Shown here piece after piece: positions 37,990 through 52,215 of a stretch of 64,000 nt of DNA. Both the position numbers and the translations under genes were made by a program. The notes beneath the pieces were generated by a model that saw nothing but the letters and a program-made list of their open reading frames with translations, had not been told where the DNA came from and ran no database searches. The DNA lies in assembly GCA_026770705.1 (NCBI GenBank), contig JANJGN010000036.1, forward strand, positions 4,092,001 to 4,156,000, read 5' to 3'. This stretch comes from Isurus oxyrinchus. Its lineage: Eukaryota. How positions within the stretch are numbered: the stretch's first letter is position 1; the number at the start of each line of letters is the position of its first letter.

Positions 37990-38670
37990 CCGAGAGGGTG
38001 ACCACTTTGCGAAACACCTTCGCTCAGTCCGCAAGCATGACCCAGACCTTCCTGTCACTTTCCATTTCAGTACCCCACCCTGCTCTCATGGCCACATCTC
38101 TGTCCCTGGCCTGCTGCATTGTTCCAGTGAAACCCAGTGCAAACTGGAGGAACAGCACCTCATCTTCCGAGTAGGCACTTTACAGCCTTCTGGGCTTAAC
38201 ATGAGTTCAACAACTTCAGACAATGAACTCTCTCCTCCATCCCCACCCTGTTTTTAATCCAAATTTTTAATTTATCTTTTGTTATCCTTTTTCCCTAACC
38301 CCTCCACCCATCCCCCGCCCCCATCCCCCACCCACCCACAGGGTCACCTGTCACTTGATTCTTGTTTTACTATTAACACATTCTGCTACCTTATCTTTAT
38401 GCCACTATCAGCACCTTCTTTAGTCTTTAACACTACCGTTAACACATTCCTTTGTCTTGTGTCCTTGACATCTTTGTCAATCTCTCCTTAGCTCCAACCT
38501 ATCCCTAACTTTCTATCTTGCTCCACCTCCTCTTAAACAGTATAAAATCCATCACATCTCTCCTTCTCTTTAGCCCTGAAAATCATACAGGCTAGAAACG
38601 TTAACTCGATTTCTCTCTCCACAGGCACTGCCAGACCTGCTGAGTTTTCCCAGCATTTTCTATTCTTATT
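37990..38670 (+). mobile_element. Penelope-like element fragment (GIY-YIG endonuclease C-terminus plus tail)
   Basis: FAKHLRSVRK..LPVTFHF..KLEEQHLIFRVGTLQPSGLN, typical of fish PLE endonucleases. Confidence 0.8.
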
Positions 38671-39099
38671 TTAGTTGGAGTTCTAAATTGCGGAAAGGCC
38701 AATTTTATTAACCCGAGGGTGATTTAGGGAAAGTGGGCTAGAAACAGCTACTTGAAGCTAAATGAGTGTCAGAGCACAGAGCAGTGGGAGGCAGTCAAAG
38801 GGGAGATTCAAGGGGTTCAGAATAAATAGGTTCCCACAAAGAGAAAGGGTGCGACATTCAAATCTATGGCTTCCTGGAGATTAAGGAGCTTACACGGTAA
38901 GATAAGGCAAAAAAGGAAAGCTATGTCTGACACCGGAAGCTCAATACTACATTAAAGCAAGAGGAGTATAGAAAGTGCAGGAGTGAAATCAAAATGGAAT
39001 TTAAAAAAAGCAAAGTGAGGGCATGGAAGAAGCAAAATCAAGGAGAACCCAAAGCTGTTTTATCAATACATTACGAACATACAAACCCCTCATTGCAAC

Positions 39100-39810
39100 A
39101 ATACGGTCCCTCAAGCTCGCAATGCCACTCAATAAGATCATGGCTGATCTGAGTGTAACCTCCTGCCTACCCCCCGATAATCTTTCGCCCCCTAGTTAAG
39201 TGAGAATCCATCTACCTCTGCCTTGAAAAATATTCAAAGGCTCTGCTTCCACCGCCTTTTGAGGAAGAGAGCTCCAAAGTCACAGGAGAAAAACTTTTCT
39301 CCTTGTCTGTCTTAAATGGGCAACCCCTTTATCTTGAAACCATGACCCCTAGTTCTACATTCACCTGCAAGAGGAAACATCCTTTCCACATCTACCCTGT
39401 CGAGACCCCCCTCAGGATCTTAAAGGTTTTAATCAAGTCACCTCTTACTCTTCTAAACTCCAGCGGATACAAGCCTAACCTGTCCAATCCTCCCCCAGAA
39501 GACAACCCGCCCATTCCTGGTATTAGTCTAGCAAACCTTCTCTGAACAGCTACTAACACGTTTACATCCTTCCTTAAATAAGGAGACCAATGCTGTGCAC
39601 AGTGCTCTAGATGTGGTCTCACCAGTGCCCTGTACAACTGAAGCATAACCTCCCTACTTTTGTACTCACTTCCCCTCACAGTAAAAGATAATATTCTATG
39701 GACTTTCCTCATTACCTGTTGTACCTGCATACTAACCTTTTGTGATTCATACACTAGGACGCCCAGGTCCCACAGAGTCTCAGAGCTCTGTTATTTATCA
39801 CCATTTAGAT
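39100..39810 (-). mobile_element. CR1 LINE 3' fragment
   Basis: LYRALVRPHLEHCAQHWSPYLRKD..VQRRFARLIPG. Confidence 0.9.
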
Positions 39811-39819
39811 TATAAGCCA

Positions 39820-40430
39820 GAGGATTAGCCATGGTATAAAATATAAGAGCAGGGAGGGTATGCTGCAAGTGCATAAAACATTAGTTAGGCCACAGCGTGA
39901 GTGCTGTGTGCAGTCCTGATCACCTCATTACAGAAAGGTTCTAACTGCATTAGAGAGAGTACAGAGGAGATTCACAAGGATGTTGCCAGGACTGGAAAAT
40001 TGCAGCTATGAGGCAAGACTGGATAAGCTTGGGTTGTTCTCCTTGGAACAGAGGAGGTTGAGGGAAGTTTGGATTGAGGTGTACAAAACTGTGAGGGGCC
40101 TGGATAGAGGGGATGGGAAGAGCCTATTTACTTTAGCAGGGAGGTCAGTGACTGGGGGCTTAGATTTAAAGTCATTGATAGAAAGATTAGAGGAGAGATG
40201 AGGAAATAATTTCTCACCCAGGGGGTGTAAGGGTCAGGAACTCTCAGCCTAAAATGGTAGTAGAGGCAGAAACCCTCAACTTAGAAGGTGTCTGGATATG
40301 CATCTCAAGCACATTTGCAGGGCTGTGGGTTAAATGCCAGCATGTGGGGTGAGGCAGGGTGGCTCATCTTTCGGCTGGCACTGACATGATGGACCAAGTG
40401 GCCTCTTTTTGCATGGAAACTCTCTACGAT
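39820..40430 (+). mobile_element. CR1 LINE 3' fragment
   Basis: MLPGLENCSYEARLDKLGLFSLEQRRLR. Confidence 0.85.
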
Positions 40431-40439
40431 TTCCCCGGC

Positions 40440-41920
40440 CAGTCTGCATTTGTCCTTCGCTTAAAGGCGCTCCCTCACCACTCTCCATTTACAGACACCT
40501 CCTCACTAGCCCTCCATTTACAGATACTCCTCACCAGTCTCTATTTAAAGATGCTCCCTCACCAGTCTCTATTTAAAGATGCTCCTTCACCAGTCTCTAT
40601 TTAAAGATACTCCTTCACCAGTCTCCATTTCTCCTCCAATCCAGATGCTCCCTCACCAGTTCCCATGTCTGCTCCATTTACAGGTGCTCCCTCACCAGTC
40701 TCTATTTAAAGATGCTCCCTCATAGTCCCCATGTCTCCTCCATTTACAGATACTCCCTCACCAGTCCCCATTCCTCCTCCATTTGCAGATGTCCTGTCAC
40801 CAGTCTCTATTTAAAGAGGCTCCCTCACCAGTCCCCATTCTCCTCCATGTACAGGCAACCCCACACCAGCCTCCATTTGCAGATGCGCACTCACCAGCCT
40901 CCATTTGCAGATGCGCCCTCACCAGCCTCCATTTGCCGACGCGCCCTCACCAGCCTCCATTTGCAGACGCGCCCTCACCAGCCTCCATTTGCAGACGCGC
41001 CCTCACCAGCCTCCATTTGCAGACGCGCCCTCACCAGCCTCCATTTGCAGACGTGCCCACACCAGCCTCCATTTGCAGACGTGCCCTCACCAGCCTCCAT
41101 TTGCAGACGTGCCCTTACCAGACCCCATTTCTCCTCAATAAACAGACGTTCCCTGAATTTCTGACTTTCCAGCACTCCAGGTCTACTGTGGCGCATGTGC
41201 TAAGAGTGCCGAGTGTTGATTTGGGCCAGGGTGATCTGCTGGCAAATGAATGGCAGTTGAATGCTTTTTTTAAGGTGCACTCAGAGTTTGTGCAGCCCCT
41301 GGTTTCTTAACCCGCTTGTTAACCAGTCCCCATTTCTCCTCCATTCACAGGTGCTCCCTCATCAGTCCTCATTTCTTCACCATTTACAGATGCGCCCTCA
41401 CAAGTCTCTATTTAAAGATGCTCTCTCACCAGTCTCCATTTTCACACATGCCCTCACCAGTCCCCATTTCACCTCCATTTACAGATGTTCCCTCACCAGT
41501 CCCCATTTCACCTCCATTTACAGATGTTCCCTCACCAATCCCCATTTCACCTCCATTTACAGACACTCCCTCACCAGTCCCCATTTCACCTCCATTTACA
41601 GATGTTCCCTCACCAATCCCCATTTCACCTCCATTTACCGACGCTCCCTCACCAGTCCCCATTTCACCTCCATTTACAGACGCTCCCTCACCAGTCCCCA
41701 TTTCACCTCCATTTACAGATGTTCCCTCACCAGTCCCCATTTCACCTCCATTTACAGATGTTCCCTCACCAGTCCCCATTTCACCTCCATTTACAGACAC
41801 TCCCTCACCAGTCCCCATTTCCCCTCCATTTACAGACGCTCCCTCACCAATCCCCATCCCCATTTCACCTCCATTTACAAACGTTTCCCTCATCAGTCCC
41901 CATTTCGCCTCCATTTAGAC
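40440..41920. repeat. Promoter-flanking minisatellite (28-bp and 39-bp unit arrays)
   Basis: ctcaccagcctccatttgcagacgcgcc (28 bp, 40860-41120) and ctcaccagtccccatttcacctccatttacagatgttcc (39 bp, 41450-41880). Confidence 0.92.
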
Positions 41921-41929
41921 AGCCCCCGG

Positions 41930-42280
41930 ATCCGCTCTTACCTGCTGCAACTCGGCATCCGGCGTCTAATGCACCTCTCCAGCGCATGCTCAGTGCGGAT
42001 GGTTGGTGTCAAGCGCGCATGCTCAAACTACACGGCCCAGTGAGCCCCTTCTGCGCATGCTCGGCCCCCTGCCGAGCAAGCCTCTCGTGCGCATGCCAAG
42101 ACTCACGCCTATGATCATCACGCAATGCCCATCAGCCTCTCCTGCGCATGCCCATTACACGCCACCCAATGAGCCTCTCCCGCGCATGCCCCGCGGGCCT
42201 CCCGCGCATGCTCATCTCACTGGTCTTCAATGTCCTCATTCAGAAGGAAGTACAGAGGCTGCTAAATGCTGGAAATCTGT
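41930..42280. promoter_or_regulatory. Bidirectional CpG promoter shared by head-to-head ZNF genes
   Basis: Seven GCGCATGC (NRF1-like) sites between 41981 and 42211; minus-strand donor (plus cttacct, 41937-41943) and plus-strand donor ct|GTAAGA at 42279. Confidence 0.7.
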
Positions 42281-44559
42281 AAGATCAGGAAATACTCAGC
42301 AGATCAAACAGCAGCTGTGGACCAGGAAACAGAGTTAACTATTCAACCACAACAAACAGCTGGTAGGAAATTGTAAACTATTGTGTTCAAAGTAAGAAAG
42401 TCTAAATGAAGGTTATTCTGTGTGTGTGTGTGAATGCACAGAGTGTGGTTAATAATATTGGTCAATTACAGCAGCAGATTGACATGTGTAAATATGATGT
42501 TGTGGCTATAACAGGGAGCTGGCTCTGAGTATTAAATCTTACTCAGTACAAGGTGTTCAGCAAAGACAGGAAAGGAAGAGAAAAGAGAGGCTGGCAGTCC
42601 TGTTTAAGGAGAGAAGATATCCCAGAGGGAGTCAAAGAAATAATCTATTTAGCTAGAGTAAGGAACAAAAAAAAGGGGATATTACATTGCTCAATGTGGT
42701 CTATCGGCCATGAACTGGTGGGAAAGCTGTAGAGGAAATTAGAGATCGATGAGTTATTGAGTAATTATAATGGGGGATTTTAATTGTCTGAATATAGACT
42801 GGGATAGTCATAGTGTAACAAGCAGAGAAAGGCAAGAGTTTCTGGAGTGTATTCAGAATTTTCTATCACAGAATTGTTATTGCATAGAGGCCATTTGGCC
42901 TGTGTGTCCGCACCGGCTCTCTGAATGAGCAACTCATCTCATGCCAGTCCCTCCTGCCTTCACTATAACCCTGTACATTCTTCCTTTTCAAATTAACAGA
43001 CTAGTTCACTTCTGAATGCTTCAATTGATCCTGTTTCCACTCAGAGGCAACGTCTTCCACACCCTAACCGCTCGCTCTGCTAAAAATAAATGTTCTCCTC
43101 AAATCACTTTTTTTGCTTCTTTTACTAATTACTTCAAATATCTGCACTCTTACTCTCAATTCTTTAGTAAGTGAGAACAGTTTTTCCCTATCTACTCTGT
43201 CCAGTCCCCTCGTGATTTTGAATACATCTATAAAAATCTCTCAACCTTCCCTTCTCTAAGGAAAACAATCCTAACTTTTCCAATCTATCTTCATAACTGA
43301 AGTTACTCATCCTGGAACCATTCTTGTGAATCTTTTCTGCAACCTCTCTAATGCTTTCACATTCTTCCTAAAGTGCAGTGCCCAGAACTGGATGCAGTAT
43401 TCTAGCTGAGGCCGAACTAGTGACTTATGTAAATTCCACATAACCTCCATGTCCTATAAATGAAGCCCAGGATACTGTATGCTTTATTATCTGCTCTCTA
43501 CCTGTCCCTGCCACCTTCAATGATTTATGCACATATCCAGGAAGCTCTGCTCTTGCACCCCTTTTAGAGATGTATCCTTTATTTTATATTGTCTCTGCAT
43601 GTTCTTCCTACCAGAAATTCCACAACCCAGAGCTCAAGCTACTGCAACTGACAACATTTCCTGCACAAACGGTTAGCCAGGGCAAAAGAAGCATCCTGGA
43701 GTCCCCTCGTAGCACAGGATGGGTACACTCTAGTTTGGAGCAGCCCTGCCATTTCTCTACATATTAACTGATAACCTTGTTACTGTGATTAAGCTTCATT
43801 ATTGGAAATAATTCTTACCAATATTAATTAAGCTTTACTAAAACAAATAAAACTTATTATTAATAAACCTTAGCAATATTGATAAACTCAACGATTACTA
43901 ACTACACCTTACTACTGGTAATAAACCTTACTTAAGAATAAAAGACTCACCAGCTGCTCATTTGTTACTTGTAACTAATAGTTCAAATTTTTAACATTTT
44001 TTAAACTCCCAGTTGTTTAGATTCAGTCCTTAAACAGCACTACTCACCATCCAATCACCTTATGATATTCCCGTCATAAATGAAATCACGATTTTTTTTT
44101 AAAACCTGGTGTTCTCCAGCAGCTTTCTCAGGTATTCGCCTCTCTCTCTCTCTCTCTCTCTTTCCGACATGGTCCTATAGGTCCGCTGTATCGTATCCTC
44201 TCCCAGGTAACTCTAGGCCCCAATTGTCGTTCTGTATTTACCACCTCTCCCTCTGCAGCGTGTTCCTTACAGGTTCGCCATCTCCTCTCTCTCCCAGTGT
44301 TACGAGTTTAGAAAAGGTGGTATTTGTATATTTTAGAATCTCAGTTTAGCTGTACACTCCATAATACACAAACCCAAATTGCCTTTGAAACTGTTTGAAT
44401 TCGACTTAGATACAACCATCAGGCAAGGACTCAGACACCACATCAGTAAATAGTATTGAAATTTATTAATTATAAGCAAGTTTTAGAAACTTATCAACTA
44501 ACTGGGGCAGAATATAGGTAAAGTATACTTATCAATGAAACTCTATCAACTCCACATAC

Positions 44560-46415
44560 AAACATACGAATTAGAAGCAAGAGTGAGGCCACTCGGCCCC
44601 TCGAGCCTGCTCCACCATTCAATAAGATCGTGGTTGATCTGAATGTAACCTCAAGCCCACATTCCTGCCTGCCCCTGATAACCTTTCACCCCCTTGCTTA
44701 TCAAGAATCTATCTAGCTCTGCCTTAAAAATATTCAAAGACTCTGCTTCCAGCACCTTTTGGAGGAAGAGAGTTCCAAAGACTTGCTACCTCTGAGAGAA
44801 AAAAATTTCTCACCTGTCTTAAATGAGCGACCCTTTATTTTTAAATAGTGATCACTAGTTCTAGAATTCCCCATAAGAGGAAACATCCTCTCCACATCCA
44901 CCCTGTCAAGACTCCTCAGGATCTTAAAGGTTTGAATTAAGTCGCCTCTTACTCTTCTAAACTCCAGTGGATACAAGCCTAACCTATCCAGCCTTTCCTC
45001 ATAAGACAACCCATCCATTCCTGGTATTAGCCTAGTAAACCTTCTCTGAACAGCTTCTAACACATTTACATCTTTCCTTAAATAGTGAGACCAATATTGT
45101 ACACAGTACCCGAGATGTGGTCTCACCAATGCCCTGTACAACTGAAACATAACCTCCCTACTTTTGTAATCAGTACTCCTCACAATAAATGCTAACATTC
45201 TATTAGCTTTCCTAATGACCTGCTGTACTTGTATACTAACCTTTTGTGATTCGTGCACTAGGACACCCAGATCCCTCTGACTCTCAGAGCTCCTCAATCT
45301 CTCACCATTTAGATAATAAGCTTCTTCCTTCCAAAATGAAGGATTTCACACTTGCCCACTTCATTTGCCAGATCTTTGCCCACTCACTTAAGCTATCTAT
45401 GTCACTTTGTAGCCTCCTTACGTCCTCAACAATTTACTTTCCTACCCACCTTTGTCTTGTCAGCAAATGTAGCCACAATTCCCTCGGTCCCTTCATCCAA
45501 GTCATTTATATAAATTGTAAAAAGTTGAGGCCCCAGCACTGATCCCTGTGGCACACCACTCACCACATCCTGCCAACCAAAAAAAGACCCATTTATGCCA
45601 AATCTGCTTCCTGTTAGCTAGCCAATTTTCCACAATAACCTTTGATGTGGCACTTTATCAAATGCCTTCTGGAAGTCTAAGTACAGCACATCCACCTGTT
45701 CCCCTTTATCCACAGCACATGTGACTCCTTGAAAGAACTCTAATAAATTGGTTAAACATGATTTCCCTTTTACAAAACCATGTTGACTCTGCCTCATTGC
45801 CTTGAATTTTTCTAAGTGTCCTGCTATAACATCTTTAATAATAGCTTCTAACATTTTCCCTATGACAGATGTTAGGCGATAGTTTCCTGCTTTCTGTCTT
45901 CCATCCCACTTTTTGAATAAAGGAGTTATATGTGCTATTTTCCCATCTAATGGAACCTTCCCCGAATATAAGGAATTTTGGTAAATTAAAACCAATGCGT
46001 CAATTATCTCACTAGTCACTTCTTTCAAGACCTTAGGGTGAAGTCCGTCTGGACCTGGGGATTTGTCAGACCGCAGCCCCAACAGTTTGCTCAATCCCAT
46101 TTCCCTGGTGATTGTAATTTTCCCCGAGTTCCTCCTTCCCTTCTATTTCCTGATCTACAGCCATTTCCAGGATGTTACTTGTGTCCTCTATAGTGAAGAC
46201 TGAAGCAAAGTACCTGTTTAATTCATCTGCCATCTCTCTACTTTCCATTATCAGTTCCCCAGACGCACTGTCTATGGGACCAACGCTCACTTTGTTAACT
46301 CTGTTCTTATTTAAACAAACTCTTACCATCCGTCTTTATATGACGAGCTAGCTTTCTCTCATACTCTAATTTTCCCTCCTTACTAACCTTTTGTCATCGT
46401 TTGCTGTTCTTTCAA
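44560..46415 (-). mobile_element. CR1 LINE ORF2 (RT) ~1.85-kb fragment
   Basis: KSPGPDGLHPKVLKE, QHGFVKGKSCLTNLLEFF, VLYLDFQKAFDKVPH, LYRALVRPHL. Confidence 0.93.
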
Positions 46416-47489
46416 ATGAGTGATCAATCCAAGAGAAGTGGACAACAACTTGAACTCCTCAGGCCGACAGAGAAAGTCACTGTCTCCAAGAAGTCCTACA
46501 CCTTCCCAGGATTTCTACAGGCAGGGAATCTACCACTGAACCGGTCCCAGTACTAACTACTCATCTGCCCTGAAGCTCAGTAGAAACGACCTTTACTGAC
46601 AAGATACTCAACTATCTCCAAAGATCTAGACCGGTTCTCCCATACTTGATTACACACAGATCGTTCCCGCAATCCTTTTTTTTATACTCAAAAGATGTTG
46701 TACACTCACCTTAGACAAGTTGTTGGAAATGGCTGATTGGCCTCTAACTTATCAATAATGTGATAAGACTTAATTCCATTGGTTCTGGCTAATTACGCAC
46801 ATTGTCTTAAACTTAAGACAATGCCTTCCGTTAAGCTATATCTCTTATCCTGATCTCTTTACAGGAGTCCCATTCATTAAGACAGACTCAACAACCAAGT
46901 GTGTGTTCCTGATAGGGAGGGAGTCCACGGCTCACCCCATTTCGTTCCCAGCTCTGACTGCACTTTAACTTTCTCATAAGAAAAAGTAATGGAGTAATAC
47001 AAAAATAACAAAGTGTCTTCTAATTAACTACTGATTCTTAAATACTTATCCTTCAATTAAGTGAGGTACACTATTTGGTCAATCATCTGTTGTGAGTTAG
47101 TGAGTGCTTCGTAATACGGTTTTGGGTTCATTTGTTGTAAAATGTTAACAATATCAAAATGGCTTCTTATCTCAGTGCCAGCACAAAATGGCATTTAACC
47201 TTGTTAGCTTGTTACAATGAATATAACTTAAATTAGCCTGAAAATGGCTGGGTTACACTAAACTCTTTTATTTATACCAGGTAAAATTCTACATCAATAT
47301 GTTTCCAATCCATTGAGAAAGGAGGCACTGCTGGACCTGGTTCCTGGGAATGAGGTGGGTCCAGTGTTCGTGGGAAAACATTTAAAAGACAGTGATCATT
47401 GTATCATGAGGTTTAGGTTGGCTATGGAAAAGGACAAAGAACAATCCAGAGTACGAATAATTAACTGGGGGAAAACCAACTTCAGTGGG

Positions 47490-47970
47490 GTACATAAGAA
47501 ATAGGAACAGTAGACCATTCGGCCCCTCGAGCCTGGTATGCCGTTCAATAAGATCATGGCTGATCATCTTGTGTTTCGATTTCCACTTACCATCTAAGCC
47601 CAATAACAATAGATTTTTGTTAGGCAAGGGAATCAATCTATCTCTGCCTTAAAAATATTCGATGACCCCGCCTCCACTACCTTCTGAGGCAGAGAGTTCC
47701 ATAGTCGCACAACCCTCAGAGAAAAAATTTCTCCTCATCTCTGTACTAAAAGGGTGACCCCTAATTTTAAAACAGTGCCCCTTAGTTCTGGACTCATCCA
47801 CAAGAGGAAACATCCCTTCAACGTCCACCTTGTCAAGGCTGTTCAGGGTCTTGTATACTTCAATCAAATTAGTCCTCACTCTTTTAAACCCAGTGGAAAC
47901 AAGCCCAGCCTGTCCAACCTTTCCTCACAAGACAACCCACTCATTCCAGGCATCAAACTTGTAAACCTCC
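47490..47970 (-). mobile_element. CR1 LINE 3' fragment
   Basis: LIEVYKTLNSLDKVDVEGMFPLV..RTKGH..EMRRNFFS. Confidence 0.85.
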
Positions 47971-48727
47971 TTTGGATCAACTGGATTCAAAGATTGGCAG
48001 GTAAAACTTAACTCAACAATAAGCTGTCTTTAAAGAACGCTCTTTAAAGGGAAAGTGTGGCCTGAAGCTCAGCTGGGGGTGAAATATGACACCAAGGTTG
48101 AGACCAATCTTGCCCAATCTCGCACAGTTGCCAAGGAGAGGGATGAGGTCGGTGGCTAGGGATTAAAATTTGTAGTGAGGATGGGAGACACTGGCTTCAG
48201 TCATACCAACATTTAATTGGAGCAAATTTTTGTTCATCCAGTGCTGGATGCCAGACAAGTTGTTAAGTGACTTGGAGAGAAACTTAGATGATGGTGTTCA
48301 CATATGCATACTACCCTTGTCCTTCTGGGTGGTGAGGATCGAGGGTTCATCAGGTCCTGTTCTGGTTGACTTTTCCTTATATAAAATCTCTCCTTCACCC
48401 ACTGCTCCTCCATAGAGGCCAGAATCTTGTGTAGGTACAGACCAGGTGGCAGGTTCCATTCCCTGAAGAACATTAGTGAACCAGTTGGGTTTTTATGACA
48501 ATCCACCAGGTTTCAGAATCACTTGTTCGTAGTGTCAGCCTCTCAAATAATCAGATTCATTCAGCTCAATTTCCTTGATGTTTCGCTCGATTCTCTCACA
48601 CTCCGTTTTTTCTGTTTTGAATCAATTTCACAGGGCATTGGGATTTGCATTCAGGAAACTCAGACATTACATCACGCTCTGAAGGAATCAGCTAATTTAT
48701 TGGAACCTGATTATCGTTGGTGTGAAC

Positions 48728-49438
48728 ATGGAAGGAATAAGCACTGTTCACAGTGGGGAGAAACCGTCCACGCGTTCTGTGCGTGGACGAGCCTTCAGCC
48801 AATCATCTGCCCTGTTGAGACAGAAGCACGGTCACTCCAGTGAGAAACCCTGGAAATGTAGGCACTGCGGAAAGTTATTCGGTTGCCCATCTGTGCTGGA
48901 AATTCATCAACGCATTCACACTGGCGAGAGGCCGTACACCTGCCCGGCTTGTGGGAAGGAATTCACTCAGTCATCCAGCTTGCTGATACACCAGCGCATT
49001 CACACCGGGGAGAGACCATTCAAGTGCACCGTGTGTGGAAAGGGATTCACTGTGTCATCCGGCCTGATGAAACACCAGCGAGTTCACACTGGGGAGAGGC
49101 CGTTCACCTGCTCTGAATGTGGGAAGGGGTTCACTCAGTTAGGCAACCTGAAGACACATCAGCGAATTCACACGGGAGAGAAGCCATTTACATGCTCCAC
49201 GTGTGGGAAGGCATTCACTGTGCATTCCCACCTGCAGGAGCACCGACGAGTTCACACTGGGGAGAGGCCGTTCGTCTGCTATGAGTGTGGGAAGGGATTT
49301 GTTAATTCATCCCACCTGCTGAGCCATCAGCGAGGTCACACTGGGGAGAGACCATTCACTTGCTCCAAGTGTGGGAAGGGATTCACTCGGTCATGCTACC
49401 TGCTGAGTCACCAGCGAGTTCACAATCAACCACAGTGA
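48728..49438 (+). CDS. C2H2 zinc-finger protein, 236 aa, 7 intact fingers + 1 degenerate N-terminal finger
   Basis: ATG at 48728 ([13 protein letters not shown]); TGERPF linkers; acceptor tttcacAG 48632-48633; AATAAA 49506. Confidence 0.9.
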   Translation: MEGISTVHSGEKPSTRSVRGRAFSQSSALLRQKHGHSSEKPWKCRHCGKLFGCPSVLEIHQRIHTGERPYTCPACGKEFTQSSSLLIHQRIHTGERPFKCTVCGKGFTVSSGLMKHQRVHTGERPFTCSECGKGFTQLGNLKTHQRIHTGEKPFTCSTCGKAFTVHSHLQEHRRVHTGERPFVCYECGKGFVNSSHLLSHQRGHTGERPFTCSKCGKGFTRSCYLLSHQRVHNQPQ

Positions 49439-50195
49439 TTGGATTTTGCTATTAACCAGATCCAGAACTTTACCATGCTCATTAGTGTCAGTTTCTGCTG
49501 ATGTTAATAAACTCCAGCCTCCTGTCCAGTTATAGATGTTAACACTCTGGATAAAAATCAAATCTGTCTTGAACACAAGTTGTGTTGTGTTGGGTTTGTC
49601 ACCTCCCAAATCCCAGCCAATCTTTCCCAGAAATTCATCTTTGATTCCTTCCAATCAGATTTCCACCCCTGCCACAGTACCAAAGCTTGTCTTCTCAAAG
49701 TCACAATGGCAGCCTATATCACTGACCATTGTAAACTCCTGCCTCATCCTTCTCAACCTGTCTGCAGCCTTTAACCCAGTTGACCAGACCATCCTCCTCC
49801 AACACCTCTCACTTGGTTCCATTCTTACCTATCTAATCGCAGTCAGAGAACCACATGCAATGGCTTCTCTTCCCTCTCTCATGTCCTTACCTCTGACTAT
49901 CATCTCCCAAGATCGATCCTTGACACCCTCCTCTTTCTCATCTTTGCACTGCCAGTAAGTCCCATCATATGAAAACACATTAGTTTCCAGATGTACACTA
50001 ACACAACCCGGCTCTACTCACCACCGCCTCTCCTGACTCCTCCACTGTTGGACTGCTCACCCGACACCCAATAACAGAAGAATATCAATTTCTTCCAATT
50101 AAATACGAAAGAGACTGAAGTCATTATCCTCAGTGACAAATTCCGTTTCCAGACTATTGACTCCATTGCTCTACCAGGGAGCTGCTTGAGACTGA

Positions 50196-50981
50196 TAGGC
50201 GACAGATGAAGTTCAATGCGGAGAAGTGTGAGGTGATGCATTTTGGTAGGAAGGTCATGGACAAACAATATAAAATAAAGGGTGAAATTTTGAAGGGGGT
50301 GCAGGAGCAACAGGACCTGATTGTATATGTGCACAGATCATTGAAGCTGGCAGGACAGGTGGAGAGAGCAGTTAATAAAGCATTCAGTATCTTGGGCTTT
50401 ATTAATCGGGACATAGAGTACGAGAGCAAGGAGGTTATGCTGAATTTACATAAGTCACTCATTAGACCTCAGCTGGAGTACTGTGTACAGTTCTGGGTGC
50501 TACGTTATAGGAAGGATGTGAACACATTGGAGAGAGTGCAGAAGAGGTTTACAAGAATAGTCCCAGGGGTGAGAAACTTCAGCTATGAAGATAGATTGGA
50601 GAAGTTGGGACTGTTCTCCTTGGAGAGAAGAAAGCTCAGAGGAGATTTGATCAGGATGCTCACAATCGTGAGGGAGCTGGACAGAGTTGGTAGGGAGAAG
50701 TTGTTCCCGCTCGGAAAAAGTATCAAGAACGAGAGGGCACATATTCAAAAGATGTGACGTGAGAAATAACTTTTTCATACAGCGAGTGGTTCGGGTCTGG
50801 AATGCTCTTGAATGCTCAATCAAGGCATTCAAGAGGGAATTAGATGATTATGTGAATAGAAACAATGCAGGGGCCCAGGGAAAAGGCATGGCAATGGCAC
50901 TAGTTCATAATGCTCATTTGGAGAGCCGGTGCAGACACAAAGGGCTGAATAGCTTCCTTCTGTGCCATTAAAATTCTGCGA
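50196..50981 (+). mobile_element. CR1 LINE 3' insertion specific to ZNF unit 1
   Basis: MKFNAEKCEVMHFGR..LIRPQLEYCVQFW; the empty site gagactgaatcactctg is present in unit 2 at ~59068. Confidence 0.9.
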
Positions 50982-51759
50982 ATCACTCTGCTCCCAATCT
51001 TGCTGTCATAGTTAACCCCAATATAAGTTTCTGACGACATTGTGGGTGTCCTTACACCACATGGACTGCAATGACTCTAACCTCCAGAAGGACAAGGGTA
51101 GTACACACATGGGAACACCAATGCCTGAAGTTCCCCTCCAAGCCACTCACCATCCTGACTTAGAAATATATCAACGTTCCTTCACTGTCACTGGGTCAAA
51201 ATCCTGGAATTCCCTTCCAAACAGCACAGTGGGTGTACCTGCACCACACGGACTGCAGCAGTTCATGAAGGCAGCTCACCACCACCTTCTCAAGAAGCAC
51301 TTAGGGCAATAAATGCCGGCCTTCCCAGTGATGCCCAGATCCCGTGAAAAAAATAATGAATTAGCTCTTGGACAAGCTAAGCCTCAATTTTAAAATTCCC
51401 TATTTTTCAATCCCTCCATGGCTTTCCCTATCTCTGTAATCTCCTGCAGTTCAACAACCTTCTGAGATCGCTGCACTCATCCAGTTCTGGCCTTTTGAAC
51501 ATCCCTGATTTTAATCACTCCACCATTGGCGGCCGTGCCTTCAACTACCTAGGCCTGAAGCTCTGGAATTCCCTCTCTAAACCCCTCAGTCTCTCTACCT
51601 CTCTCTCCTGATTGAGGCTGCTCATTAGAATTTACCTCTTCCACCAGATTTTGGCCATTGGCCGTACTATCGCCTTACGTGCCTTACTGTCAAATTTTGC
51701 TTTATAACATTACTGTGGAGCACCTTGGGACATTTTGTTCTGTGAAAAGCGTTATGAAG

Positions 51760-52215
51760 AAGCTCGACCACCATCGAGGACAAAGCAACCTGCATTATTG
51801 GTACCCCATCCACAAATCTTCACTCCCTCCAGCACCGAGACACAGTGGCAGCAGTGTGTGTACCGTCTACAAGATGCACTGCAGGAACTCACCAAGCCTC
51901 CTTAGATAGCACCTTCCAAACCCAGGACCTCTACCATCTAGAAGGATAAAGGCAGCAGATGCATGGGAACACCACCACCTGAAGTTCCCCTCCGAGCCAC
52001 TCACCACCCTGACTTGGAAATATATCGGCCGTGCCTTCACTGTCGCTGGGTCAAAATCCTGGAACTCCCTCCCTAACAGCACAGTGGGTGTACCTACACC
52101 ACGTGCACTGCAGCGGCTCAAAAAGGCAGCTCACCACCACCTTCTCAAGGGGCAATTAAGGATGGGCAATAAATACTGGCCCAGCCAGTGCCACCCACAT
52201 CGCATAAATGAATAA
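51760..52215 (+). mobile_element. LINE family 'A' 3' end (duplicated at 59325-59780)
   Basis: gtgtaccgtctacaagatgcactgcagg...gggcaattaaggatgggcaataaa. Confidence 0.85.

Noticed and set aside
40712-42114. Pro/His-rich repeat ORFs
   Set aside because: Translations of the 28/39-bp minisatellite
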